Positions 38,824-50,705 of a stretch of DNA of 64,000 bases are shown here, in pieces. The stretch is from assembly GCA_043228905.1 (NCBI GenBank), contig JBHGNT010000020.1:6882001-6946000 (forward strand). Direction: 5' to 3'. The notes under the pieces were generated by a model, which saw only the letters and a program-made list of their open reading frames with translations, was not told where the DNA came from and ran no database searches. Source of the DNA: Azolla caroliniana. Its lineage: Eukaryota; Plantae; Polypodiophyta. How positions within the stretch are numbered: the stretch's first letter is position 1; each line of letters opens with the position of its first letter. Made by a program: the position numbers and the translations under genes.

Positions 38824-41800
38824 TTAGGGTTTAGGCTCTGTCTGTCTCTGCGTTTTGTGCAATGTCTGTCCTCTCCTCTGCGTTTTCTACAATGTGAATG
38901 TCTGTCTACGTTTTGTGCAATGTCTGTCCTTTGTGTTTTCTGCAATGCCCGACCTTGTGTGTTTTCTGCCAAACATGATTCCCTGTATCTTTTGCCAAAT
39001 CTGTCCCTCTATGCTTTCTACCCAGTAGAAATTTCTAGAATCTATATTGTTCTTTCTGCCCTCAACATCTCCTATACCTGCTGTCCTAAGACACCATGGA
39101 GTCTGAATGGACCGAAAATGAAAAGATGGATCTTAACACGCATGACGAGGGTCCAGATCCATGGAAGACTCCAAGAAGATATCATAGACGAAAAGGATAG
39201 GATAGAAGCACCCCGAATAGCGTTAGAAGGGCACACAAGGCATCTAGAACGCAGGCCCCATCCGACCCCATCTGACATTCCATTTGATCTCGAAAATGGG
39301 AAATATGATTTATTACGCCATTTGATTGCGCAAGAGATCAATCTTATTAGAGAAGATATCGAAATAGCACTAAAAGAAGAAATGAAAAAGGAGATAGAGA
39401 AACAGAAAACAGAATTGTATGCCTCTCTCAAGGCTAAGTTATTAGAAGAGATGCGGAAAGACATAATAAGCCATGTGGAGAAATCACACTTAGAGCTCAA
39501 GGATGACATGACACAATACCTTAAGGATGAAATATCCTCGAGTAAGGTTGAGTTAGGAGCTATAAAAGTGGATTTCGAGAAAGGACAAGAAGCAGTGGAA
39601 AGATGCATCTCTACAGTGAAAGCCAATGTCACGAAGGAAATGCAAACATGGGCAGACATGGCCAAAGATGCCAAAGCTCAAGCTGAGCATGCCCAAAACG
39701 AAATTCAAGCAAATGCTCCTTGGATAGAGGTAGTAAAAAAGCAAAAAGGAACATCCATGGATAGGATGGCAATGATGAATGCTACTTTAGAAGAAGAAGC
39801 CAAGAGGAAAGCTCGTGCGTTGCATGTACGAGTGGTTGGTTGGGCCAAAAAGGGAAGTTCACAAGAAGATGCCAAGAATCTCGGAACAAAGATTGGGGCA
39901 TCAGATATTCCACTTGCTTCAGCATGGAGGGTGGGAAGAGATGAGTCTAGAGCTAAAGCCCTTATCATCCGCTTCATGGATATTGACAAGAAAAAAGCTT
40001 TCCTCTCTAAAAGAAAGGCACTCAAGGGTGAAAAAATATACTTAGACGATGATCTCACTCCAACCCAAGTGGCACACCGTAAAGAAAACATGCCACGAGT
40101 GCTTGATGCAAGAAAGGAAGGTAAATGGGCCGTATATAGAGACGGCAAGGTCATTATTACAGAGAAGAGAACCGCATGTTGATATATGGCCTATGAGACC
40201 CTACGCATGACCATATGGAATTGCAACGGCTCTCTACGGACAGATGTCGGATATTTTGAAGATACATTGAAAAACTCAGATATTGCTATGTATACAGAGA
40301 CTCACCAATGAATGGCTAGCAAACTCCCTGAGGTACAAGGATATAGATGGGAGTCAATATGTCGCCCCCAACCTCAGACACGAGGAAGCACCAGAGGTTC
40401 AGGAGGAGTGGCTGTGCTATACAAAGAGGAGCTCCATGGTAGAGTGCATGTTGTCCATAAGGATGTAGATGCACGCTACATGTGGATACGAATAAAAAGA
40501 GGGGATCTTAGGGAGTTACATATTGCAATTTGCTACTTTCCACCTGCTTACTCAAGGTTTGCACCTCTAGGTGAATCACCATATCTACCACTATATGATG
40601 ATATCATAAGATTTGCTACTATGGGGGACATAATACTATTAGGAGATTTTAATGCACGAACCAAGGATGAACAAACAACTATGTTTAACACCAACGAGGC
40701 TGTTTATGGAGAAGTTATGGCGGAAGAGGTTGGTCTAAAGCGACAAGCTCAAGTTATGAGTGCTATAACTGAATATGGAAAACACTTTCTAGCCTTGGGA
40801 AGCGCGCATGGATTTGTGATATATAATGGCTTGTCACAATGGCCTGGATCAGATTCTTTGACATGTTGGAACCCAAAAGGGGGTGCAAGCACAGTCCATT
40901 ATCTAATGGGATCTCCATCTCTTATACCTGAAATAAAAGTGTTCACAATATCGGGAAGACCTATTGGCTTGGCAGCTGATCATGCATATCTACGCTTTGA
41001 GGTAAAGGATGGATGCACAAAGGATGTATATGCTAAGGAGAGTGGGATGGCTAAGTATCTATTCACTCGCGAGACAATTGATGTGTATAGTTGCGGTGTA
41101 TACAATGGCATGCTAGATTTGGATCCTTTCGCACCCCTTGAAGAACTTACCCAAGGTTTATCCAAATCATTGCATAAAGCAGCCACAAATGCCTTCCCTC
41201 ACACAACGGCCAATCCCCCCAAACTCGGTAGAGTAATACAAAATAGTTGGTATGATGAGGAATGCCGTGATACAAGGAGATGCTTGCAGCGTGATGTAAC
41301 TCGGGGCATTTATACACACAACCAAGCGAGAGCAACCTTCCAACGCCTCGTGAGGAAGAAGAAGAGATTGTATTTGGCTAAATTTGAAGATCATTTGTAT
41401 CGCTAGATGGACTCAACATACCATTGTGCCAATCCTCAAGAGTGGAGACCCCATGATGCCAAGCAACTATAGGACAATCATGATTGGCCATTACTTGGCT
41501 AAACTATATGGCTCGATTCCAGAATCAGAATTGAGTATATGGGCAGAGCAAAATGGCTGCCGTTCAATTGGACAAGCAGGCTTTCGGAAGGGGTTCACAA
41601 CTTTGGATCACATATTCACCCTTCAGGCCCTTATTGAGGAGGGCAGAGCCCACAATAAGAGGATTTATTGCTGCTTTGTGGATTTCCGAAAAGCCTTTGA
41701 CACTATGCCACATGCTCAGCTTATGTAGCGGCTAGAAGCCCTAGGTGTTCCTATACATATGCAATGGGGAATCTATGCACTCTATGAATCTGTGTCAGGA

Positions 41801-43745
41801 AAAGTGTGGTCTTCTAAGGGCTTGTCAGAGGCGGTGGCTAGCACAAATGGCGTGAAGCAAGGATGCCCACTATCTCCCACAGTCTTCGGTCTCTATATAG
41901 ATCACATTACATAAAGAGATTTGGGGGTTCCAGAGCACACCTAGCAGGTATAGCTATACAAATATTACTATATGCTGATGATATTGTGCTGATTTCTGAC
42001 TCTCCGAAGGGACTACAAAGACATCTAAATGCCTTAAAACTATTTTGTATGGACAAAGGTTTGTCAATCAACATGAATAAAACTAAAGTGATGGTGTTTA
42101 ACACCACCCAAGCATGGGTAACAAGATCAGAACCAGAATTCTTCTTGGGAGAGGACAAGGTGGAATACACACGCTCCTACACATACCTAGGAGTAACATT
42201 TAGAGAACCTAGGTTCTCCTTACAAGAGGCCGCTTGTGCCCGACTTTCTCGTGCATATGCAGCCCTTGGTGCTCTCAAGAGACAATGTGCACATCTGCAG
42301 TTCCAAGAGCCACGGACTAAGCTATGGTTATTTGATACACTTGTCACACCAACACTTCTCTATGGAGTAGAGACATGGGGACCGAGTCTTAATAAGGCAA
42401 ATCATTGGAAAGATTTAGAGAGACCTTTAGTGTCAATGATTGCTCACATGATAAGGAGCAAAGCATCGTTGCCCCACGATATAATCCGGGCGGAGATGGG
42501 AGCAGCACCTATAATAACCGAGGCGTTGTTCCAATCAGTGACATTTATCCAACGTCTTTGGGAGCTCCCTAAACGAAGGTACCCAAGGTTGGCACTTATG
42601 TCATCAAAACAACTGGCTGAAAATGGAGACACTCATTGTTGGTATGCTGAAATGCAGCAATGGTTCAAGTCACATGGCATGAGTATAAATGCACTACCCC
42701 CATTCCAATATAGCTTGGACTGTCCCCATCTAAATATGACCAAAGTGGAAAAGAATAGAGTGATCCGAACTGATATTATTAACTTGGAAAACAAGATAAC
42801 ATGGATCATCCCCAAAATACCACTTGGTACGAAGATGGCCCACTATAAGACGCACTTCTTACATACATCGGAGGATGGATTCATCATCAGGCCACCTTAT
42901 ATGGACATACATCTATCTTATCCGCTCTGTAGTGTGATAGGGCAGCTACGAACTTCATCACATCAGCTACAGATTGAGGTAGGCAGATATACACGACTAC
43001 CTCTAGAAGAGAGAATTTGCCAATTGTGTCATCAAGGAGTGGAATCTGAAGAACACTATGTTTGTCATTGTAGTGTCTTTTATGAAATTAGAGGGAGATA
43101 CCACTGCCTCTTTAAACAAGGCTTTGGCCCACTACGCAAGCTAATGGAATATGAGGACCAGCGATGCCTAGGACTTTTCTTGCTAGAGCTCAACAGACAT
43201 CGGGAAAAGTTGTTGAAGAATAAAGCCACACAAGCTCATCCACAAAGAACAATCACAACTTTCTTTAGCCCCATCACTCCTACTAATCCTACAAGTCCAT
43301 CACGGGATACACAAATGGGCTCCAGACCAGGATATAACAAAGGGGTTACAATTGATTGGGCAATAGCAATTTCCCATGCATGTAGGCCCCACCCCCATGG
43401 ACCACGACCTTGACACCCTTGTCATCGACGGATAAAAGCCATTATGTCCCGCCATCGTAGTTGCATCCCTCACTTCGGAGACATTTCCTTTCTGGATCGA
43501 CCTATGCTAGAGATTTTTCAAAGACAAAAGCTACAATATACCTAACTTGAGAATCTCACATGTGCCAAAAACCAGATTCCCTGGTTTCTTCTCTTTTCAT
43601 CTTATTTACTTTTACATTTACTGTGTAGTATTTATTTTATTTTGATTTGTTCTCAAAGACGAGACAACTCTCAAGATGTAATCTCTTATTTGGTCTGATA
43701 GGCCATTTTGGCTTCTTAAAAGACGTTAATATATCTTTCTTTCCT

Positions 43746-43778
<33 letters not shown>

Positions 43779-46700
43779 TTGCTGTCTTTCTTGATCTTTA
43801 TTCCTGATTCGGTTGCCTACTTTGTATTCAATCTGTTATTTTGGTTTTCCCATCTTATCTATGTCAGCTGGGAGTTCTTCACTTGACAAGGGCTGATCTT
43901 GTTCCGCATCTGACGACCGCATTTCCAACATTTGTACACTGGGGAGCTTACTTGCAATGCATTGATGGGCGTCTGTATACGTAGCAATATCTGTTTACTT
44001 GAAGGTATCTTCAAAATACCCAACATTTTTCCTTGGAGAGCCATTACACTAGACAACCCGAAACCCGAAACATTGACAGAACAAGAAAGAAACCCTAAAA
44101 CATAGCAACCGTAAAATGTAGCAAGAAACTCTAAATTGCAGTGAAAGGAATCTGTAAAACGCAGCAAGAAATCTAAAATATAAATTGATGATGGAAAGAT
44201 CTTTGAAGTGAGAAAAACATCATTGGTATCATGTGGTTTTGGTCTTAAAATTTTACTTACAAGGGTATGGAGCCATTTTTTTCATTTCACAGACTAAATC
44301 ACTTTTGTTTCCATTTCCATAAAATTATTTGCGACAAATCAAATCGTTTTTTATTGATGAATTGTAGATATTGAAATATTCTCTCCAACTTATAATGGAC
44401 TTAACTCTCTTCTTTTTTTGAAGGATGCCATAGAACTTGATCAACTTATCACATACTTGATAGATAAGGAGAGTTCTAATGGGGTAATTCTTCTAGGACA
44501 CAGCACTGGCTGTCAAGTAAGAATTTCTGAGATTTGGAATATTAATGTTGAAATAGAGATTAACATAACTGACAATTCAATGGTCTTGTAATTCAGGATA
44601 TTGTGCAATACATGCAAATGGGAACACATTATTCCAGAGCTGTAAGAGGAGTCATTTTACAGGTTTTCATTTATCCCCCTTGTGCTCATAAATTTTCATT
44701 ATTTCTTCAAACACCTTGATCCATCCCCCCTGAGCAACAATCTGTGCTACTTGACCAACTATACGATCAACTCACCCCCTATCTTCTTATTGTGTGGATT
44801 AATCAGGGTTGCTTGGGGAAATAACAAAAACTTAGGAGAATTTGCTGAAATAAGAAAAACTCAGGGTTATTTGACAATTTGTCATTGAACGGTTCTCCTA
44901 GGGTATGTATGTTATTAGAAAGACATTATGTAAGCAGCTATTCTTCTTTGGCAGGCCCCTGTAAGTGACAGAGAATATAGAGCCACCCTTCCTGGTACTG
45001 CAGATATGATTGATTTAGCCTCTGAGATGATTAGATCAGGCAGATCTATGGAACTGATGCCTAGGGAAGCATCACCAGAGGCACCAATCACAGCATATAG
45101 GTATTTTACTCTTGAGCTTTTTCTCAAATAACCCTTATCAAGTTCATTACACATTGAAGATATTTAGCATAAGGAAAAACTCTTGATATACCCTTGAACG
45201 TTTTGCCATCTCCTCCAAAAGAGATGAATTGAGCATATAATTGCTTAAGGAAGATCTATAATTGAGAAAAAAGGAATTACTGCCCAATGCCCATAGAATT
45301 GCTCAAAGGGGTTGATGAATGAAGGGATTTGGTGAAATAACAAAAGTGTAGGGGCATGTGGGGAAATAAAGAAAAACTCAGGTATTTGAGAGTTTTTACT
45401 TAAAAAGTATTGAGGAAAATGCTGAAAGAATACTCTTCTCAATAATTTGTTTACTTGTGTTTTGTATTTTGATACTTTGTTTGTAACACTACATTGGATT
45501 GGGAAGGTACCATTCCTTATCAGCCTTCTTGGGGGATGATGACATGTTCAGCTCTGATTTGACCGACCAACAACTCCGCTCAAGACTTGGACACATGTCA
45601 CGAGTAGAATGCCAGGTTTAGCATTCTTGACTATGAGAAAATTTAGATAAATTTGAATAGAGGAAAATTCTGGTGGTTTTGGCATATTGCGATTTTTGTA
45701 CCTACTTTGTATGTATTGGGGACCCCACTGTCGTTATGATAGAATTCAATGCATCTTTCTTTCATGTAGAAAGAGGATAGCACATGAATCCATAACCCTT
45801 AGCTGACTTTACGTAGAAAATATCTATGGAAAGTTCCAAAATATCAGTATATGCATGTAAATAAAATTACAAGACTACCCACATTTTCATGTATTTACCA
45901 AAATGCCACTCTTTTGCTTAATTAATCTATTAATTGGTAGCACGTTTTTATTTATTTATTGATTAATTTATGGTAGAAAAGCCATTTAATCTATTTAACT
46001 ATCCTTAGTGCAGGTGGCGATCAATTAGTTGTGCTCTTTTGAGCCATGCTTAGATCTTCATTAATTAAGGAAAATTTCATTGCAAACAAGAGTGGCAGAT
46101 ATACAAAAAATGTGTGGCTTTCTTTCAAGTGTTGGTAAAATTAGTATCATTTTCAAAAATGTTTATCCCAAATATTTAACTGTTTACAATGTTGTGTGGA
46201 GATGGTTCTGATATGAGTTCCAGAGCACAGTAATTTTAAACAAACTATTTCACATGCCTTCCAAATATTAAAAATCCGACTTTACGCACGCCAAAATGAA
46301 TCAATCATGCACTGTTTATAATCAGTGGAATTTATCTCAAGAATATGACCAAAGGTAATTGAACTTACACTGTATGCAGCATCATACCTAATATTTGCAG
46401 TAAAAAAATACTTGGTCTGGGAAATTTTTCAGAGGTAACTTTTATTTTTGTTCCAAGAGATGTTTATAGATCCATCGTTTGCACAGGTTATCTTCTCAAT
46501 GGCAGATGAATATGTTCCCGAGTTCGTGGATAAACAAGCATTAGTTAACCGGTTTGTTATTATCTATATTTTTGTTGACACATGGAAAAGTATTAACGAA
46601 ATTGACTATTCTATATTGGGAATCCATAAATATTTTTGAAAAGAGGAATGTTGGTAAATCTTTTGTAAACAAAAGTTAGGGATATTTGGGTGCCCATGTA

Positions 46701-47049
46701 AATTCTTGTCAAACCTTTATACCTTTTTTTCTGTTTCTTTCTTGTTTGGTTTTTTGTCTTCTGTGCATCGTCTCCTCAAGTTGGTTACATCATCAATGTG
46801 GGAAATTTTTCTGAAATAGCCCTCTTGCAATGAAATAGAATGTACAACATTGTAGATTTTTGTTTTCTTGACATATGCTGGCTTCCTGTGGTCTTCAGGT
46901 TGTGCAAGGCAATGGGAGGTGCTGAGAAGGTGGAAATAGAGTGGGGAAACCACAGCTTATCCAACAGAGTGAAAGAAGCTGTTCATGCTATTGTTAACTT
47001 TGTTAAAAGAGAAGGTCCAAAAGGTTGGGATGATCCATGGGGCTCATAG
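27768..47049 (+). CDS. DUF1749 / UPF0613-family alpha/beta-hydrolase (similar from memory to Arabidopsis At5g19050), 9 exons, ~390 aa
   Basis: Exons 27768-28127, 34582-34658, 34748-34853, 44424-44516, 44597-44662, 44955-45100, 45507-45615, 46487-46551, 46899-47049. All introns GT-AG with consistent phases; 1173 nt open. Motifs VIFIGGLTDG, nucleophile GHSTG, QAPVSDREY, DDMFSSDL, DEYVP, GNHSLS, GWDDPW. The start ATG is less certain (alternative ATG 28062). Confidence 0.93.
28690..29270 (-). mobile_element. Ancient copia RT/RNase H remnant in hydrolase intron 1
   Basis: Minus-strand fragments LKSKFKMTDLG, LHYFLGLE, VSTPM, EWACDPEDRR, SKKQ; heavily degraded. Confidence 0.65.
29601..33600 (+). 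mobile_element. Ty1/copia element G (D-related), permuted order: knuckle-PR-INT-RT-RH, one LTR, PBS, gag N-terminus
   Basis: Begins at KSKGRLTCFYCGKPGH; pol domains run to ~32960. LTR remnant ~32965-33461. PBS TGGTATTAGAGC 33465-33476. Gag MEGGVSGF...DWKIKMEDL from 33489 to ~33600. Confidence 0.9.
33883..34365 (+). mobile_element. 5'-truncated RTEX-like LINE 3' fragment in intron 1
   Basis: Colinear with 43285-43745 of the long LINE, including the GGTCTTATAGGCCATTTTGGCCTTTTAAAAGAC stem-loop and a pyrimidine tail. Confidence 0.9.
36680..38008 (-). mobile_element. Older RTEX-like LINE ORF2 fragment (endonuclease to early RT), inverted relative to the long copy
   Basis: Its reverse complement aligns with ~40337-41505 (EYGKHFLAL, SDSLTCWNPK, ISGRPVGLAANH). 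Boundaries approximate. Confidence 0.88.
37841..38350. repeat. Apparently perfect 255-bp tandem duplication (37841-38095 and 38096-38350)
   Basis: Direct read-through of both copies; ORFs 37923 and 38178 have matching translations offset by 255 nt. Confidence 0.95.
38268..38664 (+). repeat. LTR-like fragment with a diverged ~90-bp internal tandem repeat
   Basis: TGTCGA...TCGACA ends, TATATAA at ~38376, repeated GAGAGCTAGGGTTG(T/C)GAATCAAGAGGGC. No TSD or canonical PBS found. Confidence 0.35.
38780..38820. repeat. (CT)n microsatellite
   Basis: Visible CT run followed by a telobox-like TAGGGTTT. Confidence 0.9.
39096..40182 (+). pseudogene. LINE ORF1 (coiled coil plus RRM-like C-terminal region)
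   Basis: ACCATGG at 39096 gives MESEWTENEK... with a TAG and a frameshift near 39265. The downstream frame is open to TGA 40182 (ALIIRF...KIYLDDDLTPTQ...WAVYRDGKV). Confidence 0.8.
40186..43413 (+). pseudogene. LINE ORF2 (APE endonuclease, reverse transcriptase, zinc finger), disrupted
   Basis: MAYETLRMTIWNCNG, GGVAVL, GDFNAR, ADH; FVDFRKAFD, GVKQGCPLSP, LLYADDIVL, YTYLGV; CQLCHQGVESEEHYVCHC. Frameshifts near 40310 and 41900, a TAG at 41726-41728, and a deletion near 41400. Confidence 0.92.
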
Positions 47050-47248
47050 TTGTAGAAGCTAGCTTTGTTTTTATATTTCTAGGTCTAGAAGCTTTGATTC
47101 AAACTGTAAAATTAGACATGCTTTTTTTTGTACCTTGCCTTGAGAGATGGTTAGTTCAACACATAATGTAAACAAACTTTGATAAAAAGTATCTTGACAT
47201 GGACAATTGGATCTTGTTACTTGTGCGAGAGGGAAACAACGTTGATGT

Positions 47249-47330
47249 GACGGGTATGACCATAATTTATCCTCGTGTGTAGAATACTACGATACAACTT
47301 ACCACGGGATAAATTATGGTCATGCCCATC
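47249..47330. repeat. Inverted repeat (~28-bp arms, 25-nt loop), with a third arm copy at 47607-47631
   Basis: GACGGGTATGACCATAATTTATCCTCGTG versus CACGGGATAAATTATGGTCATGCCCATC. Confidence 0.85.
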
Positions 47331-47911
47331 GAGTGTAAAGAATACACCGGTACAACTTACCATATAGTGCAATTCATGCAAGATATGCTGACATACTAAG
47401 AGGGAGTGATAACTTAAGGACCATACTAAGAAGGTTGAGCTCATGTGTATATGCTTTATTCACACATAGACACTTTGTGCTTCATTGTATGAATACCCCT
47501 TCTTAGGAAGGAGACACATATCAAGAACACATGTATACTCTGGTCCCATAGGTCAAAATTGGCCTCTTTATGGACTATAAAAATTGTAATTCTAATTCTA
47601 ATTCTAACCAAGGGATAAATTATGGTCATGCTTGTAACAGTTGAGTTAAACACGCTGATGTGGCATTTAGTTGGCTATATATGTTTGAATCTATGACGTT
47701 GTTCCCATCCACATGTTCATATCCCATTATGCTTCATTTTTATAGATTATCTCTCTCTTGAGATATGAAAAATGCAATTTAGGATTTTTGTTTCCATTTG
47801 TGTGGTTTTTTGCATGCTTATTACAATGCACTAGTTTTTGGAAAAATGTAAGGATTTACCTAATGCATTGGAATAATGGCAATTAGAATAATGTCAAGAC
47901 ACCATAAGACA

Positions 47912-50705
47912 TCAAAAGTGTCCCCCACCATGACCTGACAAGGCTGTGATGGAATGGCGAGTGGTGGAAAAAACCCTTGTCCTTCGAAAAACATCATTGG
48001 CACAAAATCCACCATCGCCTATGACCCCCAATCGTTTTGATCTACTGCAAGAGCTCCCCCCCACAGACAAACATTCTCCTAGTTCTTTCTTAAGCCCCAA
48101 GGAACGACGTAAGGTGACACCAAGCACACAAGAGAAAGTTCTCGTTAAAGCTTACAAAACAGGGAAGCGCAAACGAAAAGTCATGTAAAGACCTTAATAA
48201 GGAGCTTGAGTGGAACGACACCCAATGTAGAAGCAACAAACCAAGGCAGAAGTGTGACTATCACGCCTCAAATCATAGTCGTCCCAGACACAAATGAGTG
48301 TTTGAACCACACCCACAAAACGCCTTGAAATGGCTAGGTATAGGGCTCAAGACATTGGAAAAAATAAGGGTACATGTATCAGCAGTACACAATAACGGAG
48401 TTCCGACGACCTCAATCTCCTTTCCACTCTTGCTTCCGACTCGGGAAGATTGGTCGAAATCCAAGATTAAAGATACATTATGTAGCCAAGCAACGTGTTT
48501 TGTAACACAAATAAGAGATGAAGAGCTCATGAACGAATTAAAGCAACATTGGCATAACATTGAATTCTAGTGCACCATGGATGAAGAGGACCCTCATCTT
48601 TGCCACATCCACCTGCGGACTATCATAGACACCCAACTAACTCGAAGCTTTGTCTATTTTTATGAGAAGCATGAAGGGGCTATTGAAGCTCACAGGATAG
48701 CCCACAAACTCCACTCATGGATGTGGACCACTATTCCATCCTTGGAAATGACTGGATGTCTAAACGGTGAGTGCTCCCCACTCACGACCTGTTGTACAAA
48801 GCACCATGAACAACTGGCAATCTCCCACCCAATTCCATGAGTATGAAGATTATAACATGGAACGTGCAAGGACTCAGAAGTAGACTAGACCAGCAAAATA
48901 GATGGAAACTGAGAAGGGATCTTGAAGAATATTTACTAGGGAGTGGTGCTGACATCATCATGTTGCAGGAACACCACCTTGATAGCACATAGTTAAAGGA
49001 AGTTGAAGACCTTCTACCAGGATCATGGCGAACGATTTGGGAGCCAGCAATTGGGGAGGGTGGAAAACATGGTGATATTTGCATTTTGATTCGGGAACAT
49101 CTAGCCCAAGGCTTAATAAACCAAGAATCACTTATACTTGGTAGGGCACATTTTTGCATGTTGGCCAACCAAGGGCAACGATGGAACTTCATGAATGTTT
49201 ATGCTCCAAATAGCATAACAGAAAGAGCAACATTCTGGGACCACATCCGCCTACAAGTAGTGGGTGCAGAAGAGTGGTGCATTGGAGGGGATTTTAATAT
49301 GATCGAATCCATTCACGATAGCTCCAACAACAACCCCATAGTTCTACAAGGAAGGGAACGTAAACAATGGGAGAAGCTATGTGTCCACCTTAACCTACGA
49401 GACATCTGGCATTCTGCCAACTTCCAACGAAAAAGGGATTCTCTCCTATTCTCCCGATCAGACGGGTGGAATAGTGGACCCACCCTATCTCGCATTGACC
49501 GCATTTATGTGGGGGAGGCTTTAGAAGCGAAGGGGGGTGGTGTCACATAACTCCAGGCATGACTTTCTCTGACCATTACCCGGTAGCTGGTCATTTTCAA
49601 TTGCACCAAAAATGGGGCCCATTCCAAACTCGCATCACACACTATTTACACACTTATCGACGTGAAGGACCAACTATCCAACCAATGGTCATTACCCGTC
49701 AATGGTTCATCAGCATCGGACAAACTTTTAGCTAAATTAACAAGAGCCTCTACTCTCCTACGTGACATTGTCAAGACCAGAAGCAAGGATGCTCAGGAGA
49801 AGCGACAGAGAACAAAATGGGGATTAATAGCCTTACAACGACTCCAACAGAGATACCCATCCTGTATTTCGATCACAGGACAGGTCTCCATGACCAAACA
49901 GGAACTTAGCATGGCGGAAAAGGAAATATATGACATGGAGTTTCATGGAAGCATGGCGCGATGGATTCGAGTAGGGGACAAAACCATAAAGGAATTCTTC
50001 CGCTCCAAAGGCCCGAGGCACACTAGAACTGTGATGTGCAGCCTCTACCGAGAGGATGGAACGACCACTGAGGATGGTGATGAAATGAGGAATATTGCCA
50101 CAAGGTATTATAGTCGCGTACTTACCGAAGACATGATAGCTACATGGGAAGACATAAGAGAAGATATTATCCTCCAAAGCATACCCGAGAAAGTCACACC
50201 GGAAATGAATACCTAGCTCGTGTGTCCCCTATCAATCATCGAGATATGGGAGGCCCTCACTGATTTAGATGCCGATAGCTGCCCCGGAATCGACGGTCTC
50301 CCCCCGCACTTTTTCACATGCCTTTGGGGCAGTATTAAAGAAGACCTCCTCTAGGCATATGAGGAGATCATCACCTCTGGAAGCATGCCGGAGGAATTTG
50401 GACATGGGATGATACATCTCATTCCTAAAAGTGGTGGGAATGCCAACGACATTAGCAAGTGGCGGCCCATTACTCTTCTCAATACTGTCTATAAGTTGCT
50501 CGCAAAAATCGTGGCAAGTCGTTTAACTCCACTTCTCCCTCAACTCATTCATCCGTCCTAGACAGGTTTCGTTAGAAATCGGAGTATCCTAGACAACCTC
50601 TTCTCATTCTGGGAAGCAGTAGCCCTTGCCAAGCGTACCAACAACAAGGTAGCAGTGGTGCTACTAGACTTTGAGAAAGCATATGACAGGGTAGGCTGGA
50701 ACTTT
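47912..50705 (+). mobile_element. Decayed L1/Tx1-clade LINE (ORF1 remnant and ORF2 to mid-RT), 3'-truncated
   Basis: ORF2 begins MSMKIITWNVQGLR (~48837); IMLQEHH, NVYAP, GGDFN, SRIDRIY, SDHYP, CPGIDGL, WRPITLLN, LDFEKAYDRVGW; ends abruptly at ~50705. The 5' boundary is approximate. Confidence 0.88.

Larger units (their letters stand above)
39096..43780 (+). mobile_element. Near full-length two-ORF RTEX-like LINE (non-L1, APE-RT) in hydrolase intron 3
   Basis: ORF1 with coiled coil and IYLDDDLT motif; ORF2 with APE, RT and a C-terminal CxxC...H...C finger; 3' stem-loop 43692-43724 and (CTTT)n tail ~43735-43780. 5' end and TSD not resolved. Clade call is from architecture only. Confidence 0.88.

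Noticed and set aside
38776-39095. N-terminal part of the 468-aa ORF as real protein
   Set aside because: It starts at TTG in a CT microsatellite and is low-complexity; ORF1 more plausibly starts at ATG 39096.
38950-39095. HDV-like ribozyme at the LINE 5' end
   Set aside because: I could not identify the nested double pseudoknot by eye and the 5' boundary is unresolved; an Infernal or RNArobo search would settle it.
43700-43724. U2 snRNA or histone stem-loop origin of the LINE tail
   Set aside because: Similarity is limited to a short GGCC-TTTT-GGC hairpin with no flanking match.
43859-44167. Minus-strand ORF with YKCWKCG, or a TIR pairing with 38820-38900
   Set aside because: Only scattered short matches; not enough to call a gene or transposon end.
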